This document shows positions 19,094-28,654 of a DNA stretch of 64,000 nucleotides, piece by piece (the stretch's first letter is position 1; the number at the start of each line of letters is the position of its first letter). Made by a program: the position numbers and the translations under genes. The stretch comes from a virus. The notes beneath the pieces are model-generated. The model was given only the letters and a program-made list of their open reading frames with translations, was not told where the DNA came from and searched no databases. The DNA is taken from positions 32,001-96,000 of the IMG/VR virus record IMGVR_UViG_3300044729_002129; one strand, written 5' to 3'.

Positions 19094-20492
19094 AACATTT
19101 TCTCATTAGTTCATAAGCATGATCCAAATCAGGATATGCCCATTCTTGATCACTAGAATAATTAGTACTAAATGACTCCATCCCACTTACTTTATTTAGT
19201 TTATAATTAACTAGTCCTTTGTAATCTTTACCAAGAAACTCGACAGGAGCACTATAACCAGTTGTTACTACCATGTTTCCATGATGATATGCATCAAATA
19301 TAGTTAAACCAAATCCCTCACCCTTATTCAAACTCACATAACAATCGCAGAAACTATGTAATGACAATATCTCTCTATTAGTTAGGTTATTCAATATCAA
19401 GAAAATATTCTCAGATAGTTTACCAGTCAGTTTTCTGATAGTATCAATACAATATACCAAACTAGTGTCATCATATGTTCTATAATGTAGTTTTAAAACA
19501 AGTTGGGTATCTGGATATGAATCGTTTAATTTATCAAATACTTTCACCAAATCTTCTATACCCTTTCTAAAATTAAGTTCTCCAATACTATAAAAGGTAT
19601 ATTTGTTGGATGGAATAACCTTACCAAAACAATCCTTGATAGTTATATCATCTTTATTAAATCTTGGCTGTGGATGCCATACATGAGGTACAACTTTAAT
19701 GTCAGATTTAACCCCACTATTAATAAAACACTCTTTGTTAAAATAAGATGGTACCCACACCTCCTGAGACAAATTAATCTTATTTACCCAATTAGTTGGT
19801 AGTTTACTTGTTTCCCAAGTACAATATCCAACATATCTACCATCGGTTTTAATATATCTATCCCATATATCGGGTGTGCTATGAACAATAGTCAAATCAA
19901 CATTATCTAACTTTTTGTCAACAACAGATTCGGCCAAAACATCCACGTAGTAATTATTATCATTCTTACTATTGTCAAATTTGAGTGGTTTCCATGATAT
20001 GTTAACCCCCTTCAAAACATAGTCTGCAATATAACCTTTTGCTGCGGATGCGTATCCACAAGTGCCATATTGACCAATATAAAGCAATCCTTTATCATTA
20101 ACGTTAAAGGTAGAGTTTGTAACTTTCAAAACATCCGAGGTTTTGGTATAAAAACTCTTACATGGAAAATTATTGTCAAAGTAAACTATTGCATTATAAA
20201 AACACCCATATGTATCATAATAACTCAACAACTTATTGATCATCAATGTATTGAACTTCTTTTTATCATACGTTGAGTTTATAAAGATCAACAATCCGCT
20301 TTTATAAGACTCAAATATCAATCGTAAAGTCATGTGTGATAAATGATCCAAGTCATCAACCACAAATATGTTTTCTTTATTATATTGTTCTGTTTCTACA
20401 GAGATCTGTTGCTCTGCTAATAAAACAAAAGAATTCCCGTTTTTAACGAGAATTCTTTGCACATTGTCTGATGAATGTTTTGTTACTATCAT
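19077..20492 (-). CDS. Glycosyltransferase family 4 with N-terminal extension
   Basis: GTCGYA, YCTWET, VWVPS.FNK, RKGIEDL, VSLNKGEGFGLTIFDA, WAYPD. Confidence 0.88.
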   Translation of the reverse strand: MIVTKHSSDNVQRILVKNGNSFVLLAEQQISVETEQYNKENIFVVDDLDHLSHMTLRLIFESYKSGLLIFINSTYDKKKFNTLMINKLLSYYDTYGCFYNAIVYFDNNFPCKSFYTKTSDVLKVTNSTFNVNDKGLLYIGQYGTCGYASAAKGYIADYVLKGVNISWKPLKFDNSKNDNNYYVDVLAESVVDKKLDNVDLTIVHSTPDIWDRYIKTDGRYVGYCTWETSKLPTNWVNKINLSQEVWVPSYFNKECFINSGVKSDIKVVPHVWHPQPRFNKDDITIKDCFGKVIPSNKYTFYSIGELNFRKGIEDLVKVFDKLNDSYPDTQLVLKLHYRTYDDTSLVYCIDTIRKLTGKLSENIFLILNNLTNREILSLHSFCDCYVSLNKGEGFGLTIFDAYHHGNMVVTTGYSAPVEFLGKDYKGLVNYKLNKVSGMESFSTNYSSDQEWAYPDLDHAYELMRKCYEDKL

Positions 20493-21442
20493 TTACTTAT
20501 AACTTTTATCAGTTTTGCGATACAAGCCATAAACGTAATTTCTTTGTCTACAACCATCGCACTCTGATAAATACTCTCAGATACTTCTATAATAACATTT
20601 ATTTCTTTACCCGAAGCAAATTCTTCAGCACGATCATACAACTCGGTATATAGTTCTTCAAACATCTTAATACCAGAATCGTTTACCATCTGACGAATCT
20701 CATTAAATGCTTTCGGATTATTTTTACAATTCTTAAGAGAAAGAATTAATTTATTCTTAAGATCCACATTAGCACTCTGAGTAGCAACCAATTTCAAAGT
20801 ACCACTAGTACTGCTTTGTTGTAAAAAGTTGACAATCTTGCGTACATCTGGATACAAGTCTTTTGTAACACTAGCAATATCAGGCATAGTATACTTGATA
20901 TTCTCACTATCCAAAATATTTTTGACATAAACCGCCACATCTTTCATTGCAGGTGGTTCAAGTCTAAACACTTGACTACGACTAATTAGAGGAGCAATAA
21001 TCTTTTCTACATAGTTACAAGTCAGAATAAACCTAGTATTCTTACTATAAGTCTCCATCAAATTACGAAGTGACGCTTGAGAATTGGTTGACATATAATC
21101 AGCCTCATCCAAAATAACCACCTTGAGTTCATGAAAACCCATCGACGAAGCAAATGGCTTAATCTTATCACGAACGAAGTCTACACCAGTGTTATCAGAT
21201 GCATTAACATACATCACATCACAAGGAATATTCTTTGTCAGAATCTTAGCAAGAGTAGTCTTACCAGTACCAGCACTACCATGAAATAATAGATGTGGAA
21301 TGTCATTGCGAGAAATAAAATCCTTCACAATGTCACGCAACTGATCATTACAGATATAGTTCTCAATTACATCTGGACGATACTTTTCAGCCCAGAGTGA
21401 ATGATCACTTTTTTCTACAACTTCTTCTTGAAAGAAACTCAT
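20489..21442 (-). CDS. gp44: Clamp loader AAA+ subunit (T4 gp44/RFC-like)
   Basis: LWAEKYRP, PHLLFHGSAGTGKTT (Walker A), NASD, VVILDEAD (Walker B), LTCNY, LISR. Confidence 0.95.
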   Translation of the reverse strand: MSFFQEEVVEKSDHSLWAEKYRPDVIENYICNDQLRDIVKDFISRNDIPHLLFHGSAGTGKTTLAKILTKNIPCDVMYVNASDNTGVDFVRDKIKPFASSMGFHELKVVILDEADYMSTNSQASLRNLMETYSKNTRFILTCNYVEKIIAPLISRSQVFRLEPPAMKDVAVYVKNILDSENIKYTMPDIASVTKDLYPDVRKIVNFLQQSSTSGTLKLVATQSANVDLKNKLILSLKNCKNNPKAFNEIRQMVNDSGIKMFEELYTELYDRAEEFASGKEINVIIEVSESIYQSAMVVDKEITFMACIAKLIKVISK

Positions 21443-21448
21443 AATTTA

Positions 21449-22186
21449 TTAAGCTACGTTCTTAATTTCCAACAAATAATAATTGCTATTGAATGATTCG
21501 TTATCAAACTCAACATGAGCAATACCGGAATCACTTACCTTCAATACAGCATTCTCACAATCTGAATTACTTGTCAAGATCTCTTTGAGATACTTGGCAT
21601 TATAATGCAGAGTCTTACCAAGACTATCCTTACCTTCTACAGGCTTGATATCAAGATTAATACGATTGCTATTGGTAGTACTAAATCCAAGAGTCATCTT
21701 GATCTTACCCTTCTTATCCTTAGTCAAGGTTAAAATGTCTACCTCGGTCAAAGCACTCTTAGCCTTTACGAATGTAGAAACAAACTCCTTGGTCAATGCA
21801 ATTTCCAAATTAAAGATAGGCATCTTCTTCAATGTTGGAACTGGAGGAATAACACTTAGATCTGCGGTAACATATTGTACCTCAGTACCTTCACTGGTTA
21901 GTGTAATTGATGTAATCTTATCATTGGTTGTGTTTGTAGTGATTTCTACTTCATCTCCCAATACACCCAACATCTTCTTGAGCTTAGCTGTGTCATTTAC
22001 ACCAAACTCAATGTCTGCTAGTTTAGCAGCATCCTTTAAAGTAACGAATGCCAAGATATTCTTGTCATCGCTGGTTGATGATGTCTTGATTTGATTGTCA
22101 GCAGATACTACTGACCATTTTACGCTTTCGATTAACCCGTTTAGGGAATACTTGTCTGTGAATGAATTAATTAGTTGTTTTTTCAT
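21449..22186 (-). CDS. gp45: DNA sliding clamp (T4 gp45/PCNA-like)
   Basis: 245 aa, located between polymerase and clamp loader; beta-rich pattern ending LKVSDSGIAHVEF...SNYYL. Confidence 0.75.
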   Translation of the reverse strand: MKKQLINSFTDKYSLNGLIESVKWSVVSADNQIKTSSTSDDKNILAFVTLKDAAKLADIEFGVNDTAKLKKMLGVLGDEVEITTNTTNDKITSITLTSEGTEVQYVTADLSVIPPVPTLKKMPIFNLEIALTKEFVSTFVKAKSALTEVDILTLTKDKKGKIKMTLGFSTTNSNRINLDIKPVEGKDSLGKTLHYNAKYLKEILTSNSDCENAVLKVSDSGIAHVEFDNESFNSNYYLLEIKNVA

Positions 22187-22195
22187 AACTTATCT

Positions 22196-22224
22196 ATAAT
22201 ACTATACCGATTTGTTTTTGTCAA
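22196..22224 (-). promoter_or_regulatory. sigma70-like promoter for clamp/clamp loader
   Basis: TTGACA-N17-TATTAT, 9 nt upstream of ATG at 22186. Confidence 0.7.
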
Positions 22225-22634
22225 ATTGTTTCAAAGAATTCTGATGGAACTTCACTGATATATTTCTGTTTAATACATGGCATCAATCCTGAATCAGATA
22301 TTGTATATAAATCATCTGGAGAAATATAGAAATATTCGATTCTATAGTCTGCATACGCAACACTTCTCATTTGATAGTACACTTTAACACTGGATATGCC
22401 AGTAGTTCTGAACTCAATATAATAAACCTTTGGATCACTTAATCTATATAACTGATTTTTAGGTATATACAAATTGTTCAATTGTATTTCATCCTTGCTA
22501 AATTCAACATATGGTCCTCTTTGGCCAATAACTACACGTTGATATTGTTTAGCAATTAACGTTAAATCTTTTGTATATAAAGGAAACTTTCCACTTGTAG
22601 TTGGAATCTTCAATAAATCTTCGTATTTTTTCAT
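22221..22634 (-). CDS. Hypothetical phage protein
   Basis: 137-aa ORF (YQRVVIGQRGPYVEF...YYQMRSVAYADY) between polymerase and clamp. Confidence 0.7.
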   Translation of the reverse strand: MKKYEDLLKIPTTSGKFPLYTKDLTLIAKQYQRVVIGQRGPYVEFSKDEIQLNNLYIPKNQLYRLSDPKVYYIEFRTTGISSVKVYYQMRSVAYADYRIEYFYISPDDLYTISDSGLMPCIKQKYISEVPSEFFETI

Positions 22635-22640
22635 AACAAT

Positions 22641-25301
22641 TTAAAAACTAAAAAACTCGTTTAAGGTAACATCTGACTGACTTGGATATGACCAGTTCAA
22701 AATATTGTAAAAGTCCAATAATTTACCCTTGAGTTCTTGTTCGTACATAGCATTTCTATCTACATACACATTAATGAAGTCCATGATCTTATCTGGATCA
22801 GTACCATCAGCCTTCATAGCAATACACTCACACCCAAACTCATTTTGTTTAAGATATACCCATTTAATCTTTTGTCCATGAAAAATTGGAGGAACAACCT
22901 TATCAAGTTCCCAATGTTTCAATAGATCGTTATAAAACAATGCGGCTTTTGCCTGAGCTGTTGTACCTTTGATATACTTGAACTTATTACGAGTCTTTGG
23001 ATTATAATCAGTCTTTGATTCACCACCACTCTTGAACTTAACACTAGTATTCTTAGCAATTTCAATGACTGGAGAATTCTTCAACTTATCATCCAAGAAC
23101 TTTAGAATATTTTCATCAATGATTTCCTTGGAAGTTTTACGAAGAATATCATCCAAGAATTTCTCCATGAACTTACGAAACTGAATTGGAAATGATGTAC
23201 GAACTACGTCAATACCTTTTACTTCCATTTCATCACACACAATACCACCCTTGTTGATGATAAACTGAGCATATCGTTTCTTAGCCAACCAAAAACCAGT
23301 CTTGGCAATCACTTCTTGTTTTGCATCAAAACGATGTTTCTGAATATTAAACATTCTGTCTGCCATAATATCAAAGGTTTTGTTAACATGAGACTGAGCC
23401 TCACCACAAACCTTTAGAATAGCATCAGTCATTGCTTTTTCATCATTGATATCAATCTCTGGCATCGTCTTTTGAATGATAGGTAAAGCGCTAGCAAAAC
23501 AAGAGTCGGTATCAACATAAATAACATGATCATTATTTTCACTTTCATTTAGTACACGTTTATAGTACTGATTGATTGCTTTATTGGCTGTTTTGATAAT
23601 ATCTTGACCAGTTATGGTAACAGCACTCGCGTTATCCTTATCATAAAATCTAAAGATCGGTAACCCCAATACACCATAGATTGAATTAAGTAGAACCTTT
23701 TGTACTTTTTGACGTTGTTCATAAAACTCATACATTTCCCATTCTTTTACATCCGCATGTTTCTTAGCCAATTTACGCATTTCTTTACGTTCATCGAACC
23801 ACTTCACTAGAATCTCTGGAATAACTCCATCAACATCTTTGTGATATAATACACCATTACTAGCAATACTTAGTCTAGACTCATTAACTAACTTTTTAAA
23901 TTCATCATTACTATACACACTACCACCAATGTGATAATTGGAGATACGATTTTGTGTAAACATCTTTGCATTATATTGATTCAATCGTTGTTCAATATAA
24001 CTATCCAACGGTGTTTGTTTCTGAGTACTATCACTCAGATTGTTATAATCTTCAACCAATTCATCTCGTCTTTCTTTTAGAAATGACTCATCAAAATCAA
24101 TCTTATCAATAACAGCTACTTTAGTCTCTGGACTGATGTTAAGTGAGATGATGATATTCGGATACATTGATGTAAGATCCAAATCAAACACCCAATCATA
24201 ACGGCCAGGAATAGGAGATTTAACATATGCACCTTCAAATCCCTCTTCTCCGTCTTCTTTTTGACTTTCATATTCTTCATTGCCATCGATGGGTTTGTTT
24301 TTAGCTACTTGACCCTTACGACGCAAATACATAAGAATAGCACCCTCAATGAATCGTGAACTCTTTGGGTAACAATCGTATGGTACGTGTCCTTTGTGAC
24401 AAATAGCTCTAGCTAGTTCAATAAATTGTTTCTTCTTTTCTAACGCTACAATAATTTTAACGTCATTCAAGTTATATTCAAGATACTTGTTAATATCTTG
24501 TTTATACAAATCATCAAGACTACCACGATAGGCAATCTTCTCCATACCAACAACTTTCTTACCAATAGCTCCTAAAGCATAACTAGCCTCTTGTTTGATG
24601 TTTAGCTTCTTGTAAAGATCCATATAATCAATATGAGTTACACCAGCAATTACGAGCTTTTTACTCCAATCATTGATATAAGTCACACCAATTGGACTCA
24701 TACGTTTGGCTTGTGATTGACCAATTATGTTCTTCATTCGACGATACAAATAAGGCATATCGAATTGGTCACTATTCCAACCAGTTACAATAGTTGGTTG
24801 GATTTCTTCCCACTTGGTAACAAAGTGAGACAACAAACTTTCTTCATCTGTAAAACTACGAACATCAACGTTGTCTTGAGAAAAATCTTGAAGTTTATTG
24901 TCCCGATCTAAAATAAATGCTGTGTATCTTTCAATGGCACTATCGTATATGGCGATTGCTGTGATTTCTTTATCAGCCGTTTCGACATTCGGAAAGCCAC
25001 CTTCCGAGCTAGTTTCGATATCAAGGTACAAAACTCGGTGCCCAACAGAGAGATCATCGGTGTCTTCATATGCATCTATAAGTATGCGAGTTTCGATGGG
25101 AACATCCGATTCAAATAAAGATGGATCTCTTGGATTGAAGGAATAAACCTTCTCCAATTCATCTCCAAAAATACTCTTATACTTACCACCATTACGCTTT
25201 CTATAAGCATATGGTCTAAACACAAAATTGGTATAACCCTGTTTATCATCCCAAAGATGACAGGTATTTGTTTTTTTATCGAAAAAGATATTCTGATACA
25301 T
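22641..25301 (-). CDS. gp43: Family B DNA polymerase (T4 gp43-like)
   Basis: Exo motifs LDIET, GWNSDQFDMPY, YNLNDV; polymerase motifs DLTSMYP, KVLLNSIYG, YVDTDS, KKRYA, KGID. Confidence 0.97.
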   Translation of the reverse strand: MYQNIFFDKKTNTCHLWDDKQGYTNFVFRPYAYRKRNGGKYKSIFGDELEKVYSFNPRDPSLFESDVPIETRILIDAYEDTDDLSVGHRVLYLDIETSSEGGFPNVETADKEITAIAIYDSAIERYTAFILDRDNKLQDFSQDNVDVRSFTDEESLLSHFVTKWEEIQPTIVTGWNSDQFDMPYLYRRMKNIIGQSQAKRMSPIGVTYINDWSKKLVIAGVTHIDYMDLYKKLNIKQEASYALGAIGKKVVGMEKIAYRGSLDDLYKQDINKYLEYNLNDVKIIVALEKKKQFIELARAICHKGHVPYDCYPKSSRFIEGAILMYLRRKGQVAKNKPIDGNEEYESQKEDGEEGFEGAYVKSPIPGRYDWVFDLDLTSMYPNIIISLNISPETKVAVIDKIDFDESFLKERRDELVEDYNNLSDSTQKQTPLDSYIEQRLNQYNAKMFTQNRISNYHIGGSVYSNDEFKKLVNESRLSIASNGVLYHKDVDGVIPEILVKWFDERKEMRKLAKKHADVKEWEMYEFYEQRQKVQKVLLNSIYGVLGLPIFRFYDKDNASAVTITGQDIIKTANKAINQYYKRVLNESENNDHVIYVDTDSCFASALPIIQKTMPEIDINDEKAMTDAILKVCGEAQSHVNKTFDIMADRMFNIQKHRFDAKQEVIAKTGFWLAKKRYAQFIINKGGIVCDEMEVKGIDVVRTSFPIQFRKFMEKFLDDILRKTSKEIIDENILKFLDDKLKNSPVIEIAKNTSVKFKSGGESKTDYNPKTRNKFKYIKGTTAQAKAALFYNDLLKHWELDKVVPPIFHGQKIKWVYLKQNEFGCECIAMKADGTDPDKIMDFINVYVDRNAMYEQELKGKLLDFYNILNWSYPSQSDVTLNEFFSF

Positions 25302-25307
25302 ACCCAG

Positions 25308-25538
25308 TTATCTTACATTCAATTTGCCCATAAGTCCATCATAAACTTGCTGATGTTCGGCTTTAACGTGAACTTTACACTGATTCAACCGATTCATCAA
25401 CTTTTTGTGGTTGATTGATGTGAATAATACAGGTTCTAATTCTATTTCTTTTAATATTGGGGGATTTACTTTATTTATACAAAACCACAACATTGATAAT
25501 TCATCTTCAGTCAAAGATTTTAATTGGTCTATCGTCAT
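25308..25538 (-). CDS. Hypothetical protein (start corrected to MTIDQLK)
   Basis: ATG at 25538 preceded by ATATATATA-GAGGTT; this start removes the overlap with the divergent gene. Confidence 0.6.
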   Translation of the reverse strand: MTIDQLKSLTEDELSMLWFCINKVNPPILKEIELEPVLFTSINHKKLMNRLNQCKVHVKAEHQQVYDGLMGKLNVR

Positions 25539-25551
25539 AACCTCTATATAT

Positions 25552-26178
25552 ATGACAAAGAGTTTTATGAAAAATGACGAAGTTAAAAATGTTGTAGAGC
25601 ATTGTCTATCTCCTGTAATAATCAACAGAAATTATATTCAACAGGTAAAAGAAGAATTTACAATGTTATCATATTTCTTACATTCATTCAAACCACACAA
25701 TATACTTGAAATAGGATGTAAAGGTGGAACATTCTATATGTTCAACAAATTCTCCACAGGGAAAAAAGTGGGTGTAGATATTGACGATCAATATCAATTC
25801 AATATGCACCTTTACATGTATAACGAAGATTTTGTTTTTATTAAAGCCAATTCACATTTAGAAGAAACATATCAAAAAGTTAAAAATATATGTGATTCAT
25901 ATGATTTTATATTCATAGATGGAGATCATACATATGATGGTGTAAAACGTGATTTTGAACTATATAAAAGTTTACTGAGTCCCAGAGGTTATATTGGATT
26001 TCATGATATAGATCCAAATCACGTATTTAAACAAGCCGCCAATGTACAAGTAGATCAATTCTGGAAAGAATTAAACTATGGAAGTAAAACTGAGATAATT
26101 TGTCAACGATCTAATGCACATTACTACATGGGATCTGAAAGAGAACACTATGGTGGTATTGGTTTATGGCAACCCTAA
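25552..26178 (+). CDS. Class I SAM methyltransferase (Methyltransf_24-like)
   Basis: ILEIGCKGGT, GVDI, NSH, YDFIFIDGDHTYDGVKRD, GYIGFHDI, GIG; start taken at ATG 25552 (25567 is an alternative). Confidence 0.88.
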   Translation: MTKSFMKNDEVKNVVEHCLSPVIINRNYIQQVKEEFTMLSYFLHSFKPHNILEIGCKGGTFYMFNKFSTGKKVGVDIDDQYQFNMHLYMYNEDFVFIKANSHLEETYQKVKNICDSYDFIFIDGDHTYDGVKRDFELYKSLLSPRGYIGFHDIDPNHVFKQAANVQVDQFWKELNYGSKTEIICQRSNAHYYMGSEREHYGGIGLWQP

Positions 26179-26904
26179 CTTAACACCAAAAATATTTGAT
26201 TTATAATTAATAAAGATTGTATCCTTTAATTTACGTTCAAGGTTTTCAATCTCTTTGATGTGTACTTGTTTTTCTTCATCTTCCACTTCCTTAACACTAA
26301 ATGAATTGCCAGATGTACTAACTGTACTTTCTCTTGGACTTAATGCTACGTGTGGAGTAATAACCAAATAATCTCCCTCTTTCAAATCCTTCTTCTTTTT
26401 AGACTTGTTATCATAAACGATAGCCTTGCCCTCCACAACATATACATGGGTATACTTTTCACCAGCCTTAATGAATAGTTTAGCCTTATCATACGCAATA
26501 TTTCCTACACCTGTACCAATAGTACTTGATTTGTCTGATTCAGATACCACATACAACTGACCCAACAAAGAAAAGCTAAACGATGCATCTTTTACTTTAA
26601 CTACATGTGGTACACTAGAATCACTAGCATATGTAATAACGTCACCATTAAAATAAACAGCACTACCTTCTGATTGTGTAAAAGCAATACGATGTGGTAC
26701 CATATAACTCACCACACCATTTGTTTCGGTCTTTATACTCAAACCGTTGGTCAATGAAAATGTTATACCTGATACAGCAACCTTATCATTTAACTTATTG
26801 TCAACAACTTCTGATACACCCACACTACCACCGAAATCATATAACATAACGTTATTTGCAAGAAGTGAAAGTGAACTTAATAAAATTAATAATATTTTTT
26901 TCAT
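26164..26904 (-). CDS. Secreted FecR-like beta-rich protein
   Basis: Signal peptide MKKILLILLSSLSLLA; IKT, LLGQLYV, IGT..G, THVYVVEGKAIV...LKEG resemble FecR domain motifs. Confidence 0.5.
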   Translation of the reverse strand: MKKILLILLSSLSLLANNVMLYDFGGSVGVSEVVDNKLNDKVAVSGITFSLTNGLSIKTETNGVVSYMVPHRIAFTQSEGSAVYFNGDVITYASDSSVPHVVKVKDASFSFSLLGQLYVVSESDKSSTIGTGVGNIAYDKAKLFIKAGEKYTHVYVVEGKAIVYDNKSKKKKDLKEGDYLVITPHVALSPRESTVSTSGNSFSVKEVEDEEKQVHIKEIENLERKLKDTIFINYKSNIFGVKLGLP

Positions 26905-26928
26905 ATGTTAATAAATAGTTGTTATAAA

Positions 26929-26956
26929 TTGACGAATGTTACTTATGGTATACTAT
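26929..26956 (+). promoter_or_regulatory. sigma70-like promoter for Cas4-like nuclease
   Basis: TTGACG-N16-TACTAT; 7 nt from ATG at 26964. Confidence 0.6.
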
Positions 26957-27842
26957 GGAATCTATGGAAGTACAAGAAATAAAAAAGAACCGGGTCAGTT
27001 TCAGTCAGTATTCAACTTACTTGAAATGTCCACATAAATGGTATCTTGACTATGCAAAGAACTTGCGTATCAAGGACGATAGCATCCACACCACCTTTGG
27101 TACCGCAATTCATCATGCTTTTCAAACATATTTGACTTCCCTATACAATGAAGGTGTAGGTATTGCAGATGCATTGGATGTCAAGAAATTGTTCTTGGAT
27201 AAATTCAATGAGGAAATTAAAAAGGTAAAAGATCTAAAAGAAGATGATGTGACTGAATTCATATTTGATGGTCATGATATTATTGATGCCTTTTGTAAGT
27301 CTGCAAATAGATTAAAACACTTTCCCACCAAAGATTATGACCTAGTAGGTATTGAAATTCCACTGGAGATTCCAATCAAAAATAATGTAAACTTCGTTGG
27401 ATTCGTAGATATTATCCTCAAAGAAAAGAACCGAGAGTATTACAAGATCATTGACTTTAAAACAAGTAGTAGTGGTTGGAATAGTTACATGAAGGAAGAT
27501 GAAAGCAAAATCGCTCAACTTCATCTATACAAAAGCGTTTATAGTAAAAAATTCAATGTACCTCTAAATAGCATTGAGGTTGAATTCTTCATCGTTAAAC
27601 GCAAACTTTATGAAAACGTTAGCTTTCCACAAAGCAGAATTCAAATATTCAGACCACCATCCGGTCCCACTTCTATCAAAGAATCTATCAATAACTTCAT
27701 TGAATTCTTAAATCACGGCTTCAAAGAAGATGGTACTTATAACTTAGAAAATCAATACATTAAGATTCCAGGTAACGGAAAAAAGAATTGTAAGTACTGC
27801 ACCCATTACAAAAAACTATGTGATGGCAAAGCTAGCAAATAA
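26955..27842 (+). CDS. PD-(D/E)XK nuclease, Cas4/RecB-like with Fe-S cysteines (true start possibly 26964)
   Basis: SFSQ...CP..W, FGTAIH, EIPL, GFVD, IIDFKTS, QLHLY, CKYC.....C. Confidence 0.9.
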   Translation: MESMEVQEIKKNRVSFSQYSTYLKCPHKWYLDYAKNLRIKDDSIHTTFGTAIHHAFQTYLTSLYNEGVGIADALDVKKLFLDKFNEEIKKVKDLKEDDVTEFIFDGHDIIDAFCKSANRLKHFPTKDYDLVGIEIPLEIPIKNNVNFVGFVDIILKEKNREYYKIIDFKTSSSGWNSYMKEDESKIAQLHLYKSVYSKKFNVPLNSIEVEFFIVKRKLYENVSFPQSRIQIFRPPSGPTSIKESINNFIEFLNHGFKEDGTYNLENQYIKIPGNGKKNCKYCTHYKKLCDGKASK

Positions 27843-27859
27843 AAATAACACATTTGTGA

Positions 27860-27879
27860 ATATATACATATGTATATAT
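27860..27879. promoter_or_regulatory. Perfect 20-bp palindrome, candidate operator
   Basis: ATATATACATATGTATATAT is its own reverse complement; 11 nt upstream of the RHH gene start. Confidence 0.6.
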
Positions 27880-27890
27880 GTAAATATGTT

Positions 27891-28109
27891 ATGGATCAAT
27901 TTGTTACAACAGTAAAACTAGACAATGAGTTGTACTCACAATTCAAAGAAATCAACGTCAGAAGCAAAATATCTTTTCAAGACTTTGTAAATAAATGTCT
28001 TGAACGATACATTGACGATGCTAACTTTAGAAACGCAATCAGCGAAAGTGTTGTACAAAAGTTAAGTTTTAACCAACCATTTCAACTTTCAAACCCCAAG
28101 GAAAAATAA
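27891..28109 (+). CDS. Ribbon-helix-helix DNA-binding protein (start corrected to MDQFVTT)
   Basis: FVTTVKLDNELYSQFK....SKISFQDFVNKCLERYI: beta strand plus two helices typical of Arc/CopG-like RHH proteins. Confidence 0.7.
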   Translation: MDQFVTTVKLDNELYSQFKEINVRSKISFQDFVNKCLERYIDDANFRNAISESVVQKLSFNQPFQLSNPKEK

Positions 28110-28651
28110 TGAAAAAAAAGATACTATTATTGAGTGACGATCTAAGAATGCATAGTGGTGTTGCAACCATGAGTAGAGAATTGGTATTAGGTACTCTACA
28201 TCACTATGATTGGGTACAAATCGCAGGCGCAATCAAACACCCAGAACAAGGTAAAGTTATCGACATGAAAGAAGCATGCGATAAACTAAATGGTAGAAAT
28301 GACAACTATTTGAGATTGTATCCAGCTGATGGATATGGTAACGAAGAATTGTTATTTCAACTAATTGCTCATGAAAAACCAGATGCTATTATGCACTTCA
28401 CAGACCCACGTTTCTGGGGTTGGTTGTATAATATTGAACATCAAATTCGTGCCAAGATTCCACTAACATATCTAGACATTTGGGATGATCTACCATATCC
28501 AATGTGGAACAAACCATTCTATAAGTGTTGTGACGCATTGTTTGCAATTAGTAGACAAACTGATAATATCAATAAGTGGGTACTAGGACCAGAAAATTGT
28601 ACCAGTATCTATGGTGATTTTGACAACAACGGAAACATTATTAAAGGATAA
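28109..28651 (+). CDS. GT4-like glycosyltransferase, N-terminal Rossmann half
   Basis: KKILLLSDDLRMHSGVA, EKPDAIMHFTDPRFW, YLDIWDD; ends before the C-terminal domain. Confidence 0.8.
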   Translation: MKKKILLLSDDLRMHSGVATMSRELVLGTLHHYDWVQIAGAIKHPEQGKVIDMKEACDKLNGRNDNYLRLYPADGYGNEELLFQLIAHEKPDAIMHFTDPRFWGWLYNIEHQIRAKIPLTYLDIWDDLPYPMWNKPFYKCCDALFAISRQTDNINKWVLGPENCTSIYGDFDNNGNIIKG

Positions 28652-28654
28652 TTT

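Noticed and set aside
22641-25301. Intein or intron in the DNA polymerase (also checked NrdA and helicase)
   Set aside because: Lengths are normal, no C...HN-C/S/T intein boundaries or LAGLIDADG motifs, and no frame breaks.
26955-27842. CRISPR-Cas system implied by the Cas4-like gene
   Set aside because: No repeat-spacer array or other cas genes seen; solo Cas4-like nucleases are common in phages.
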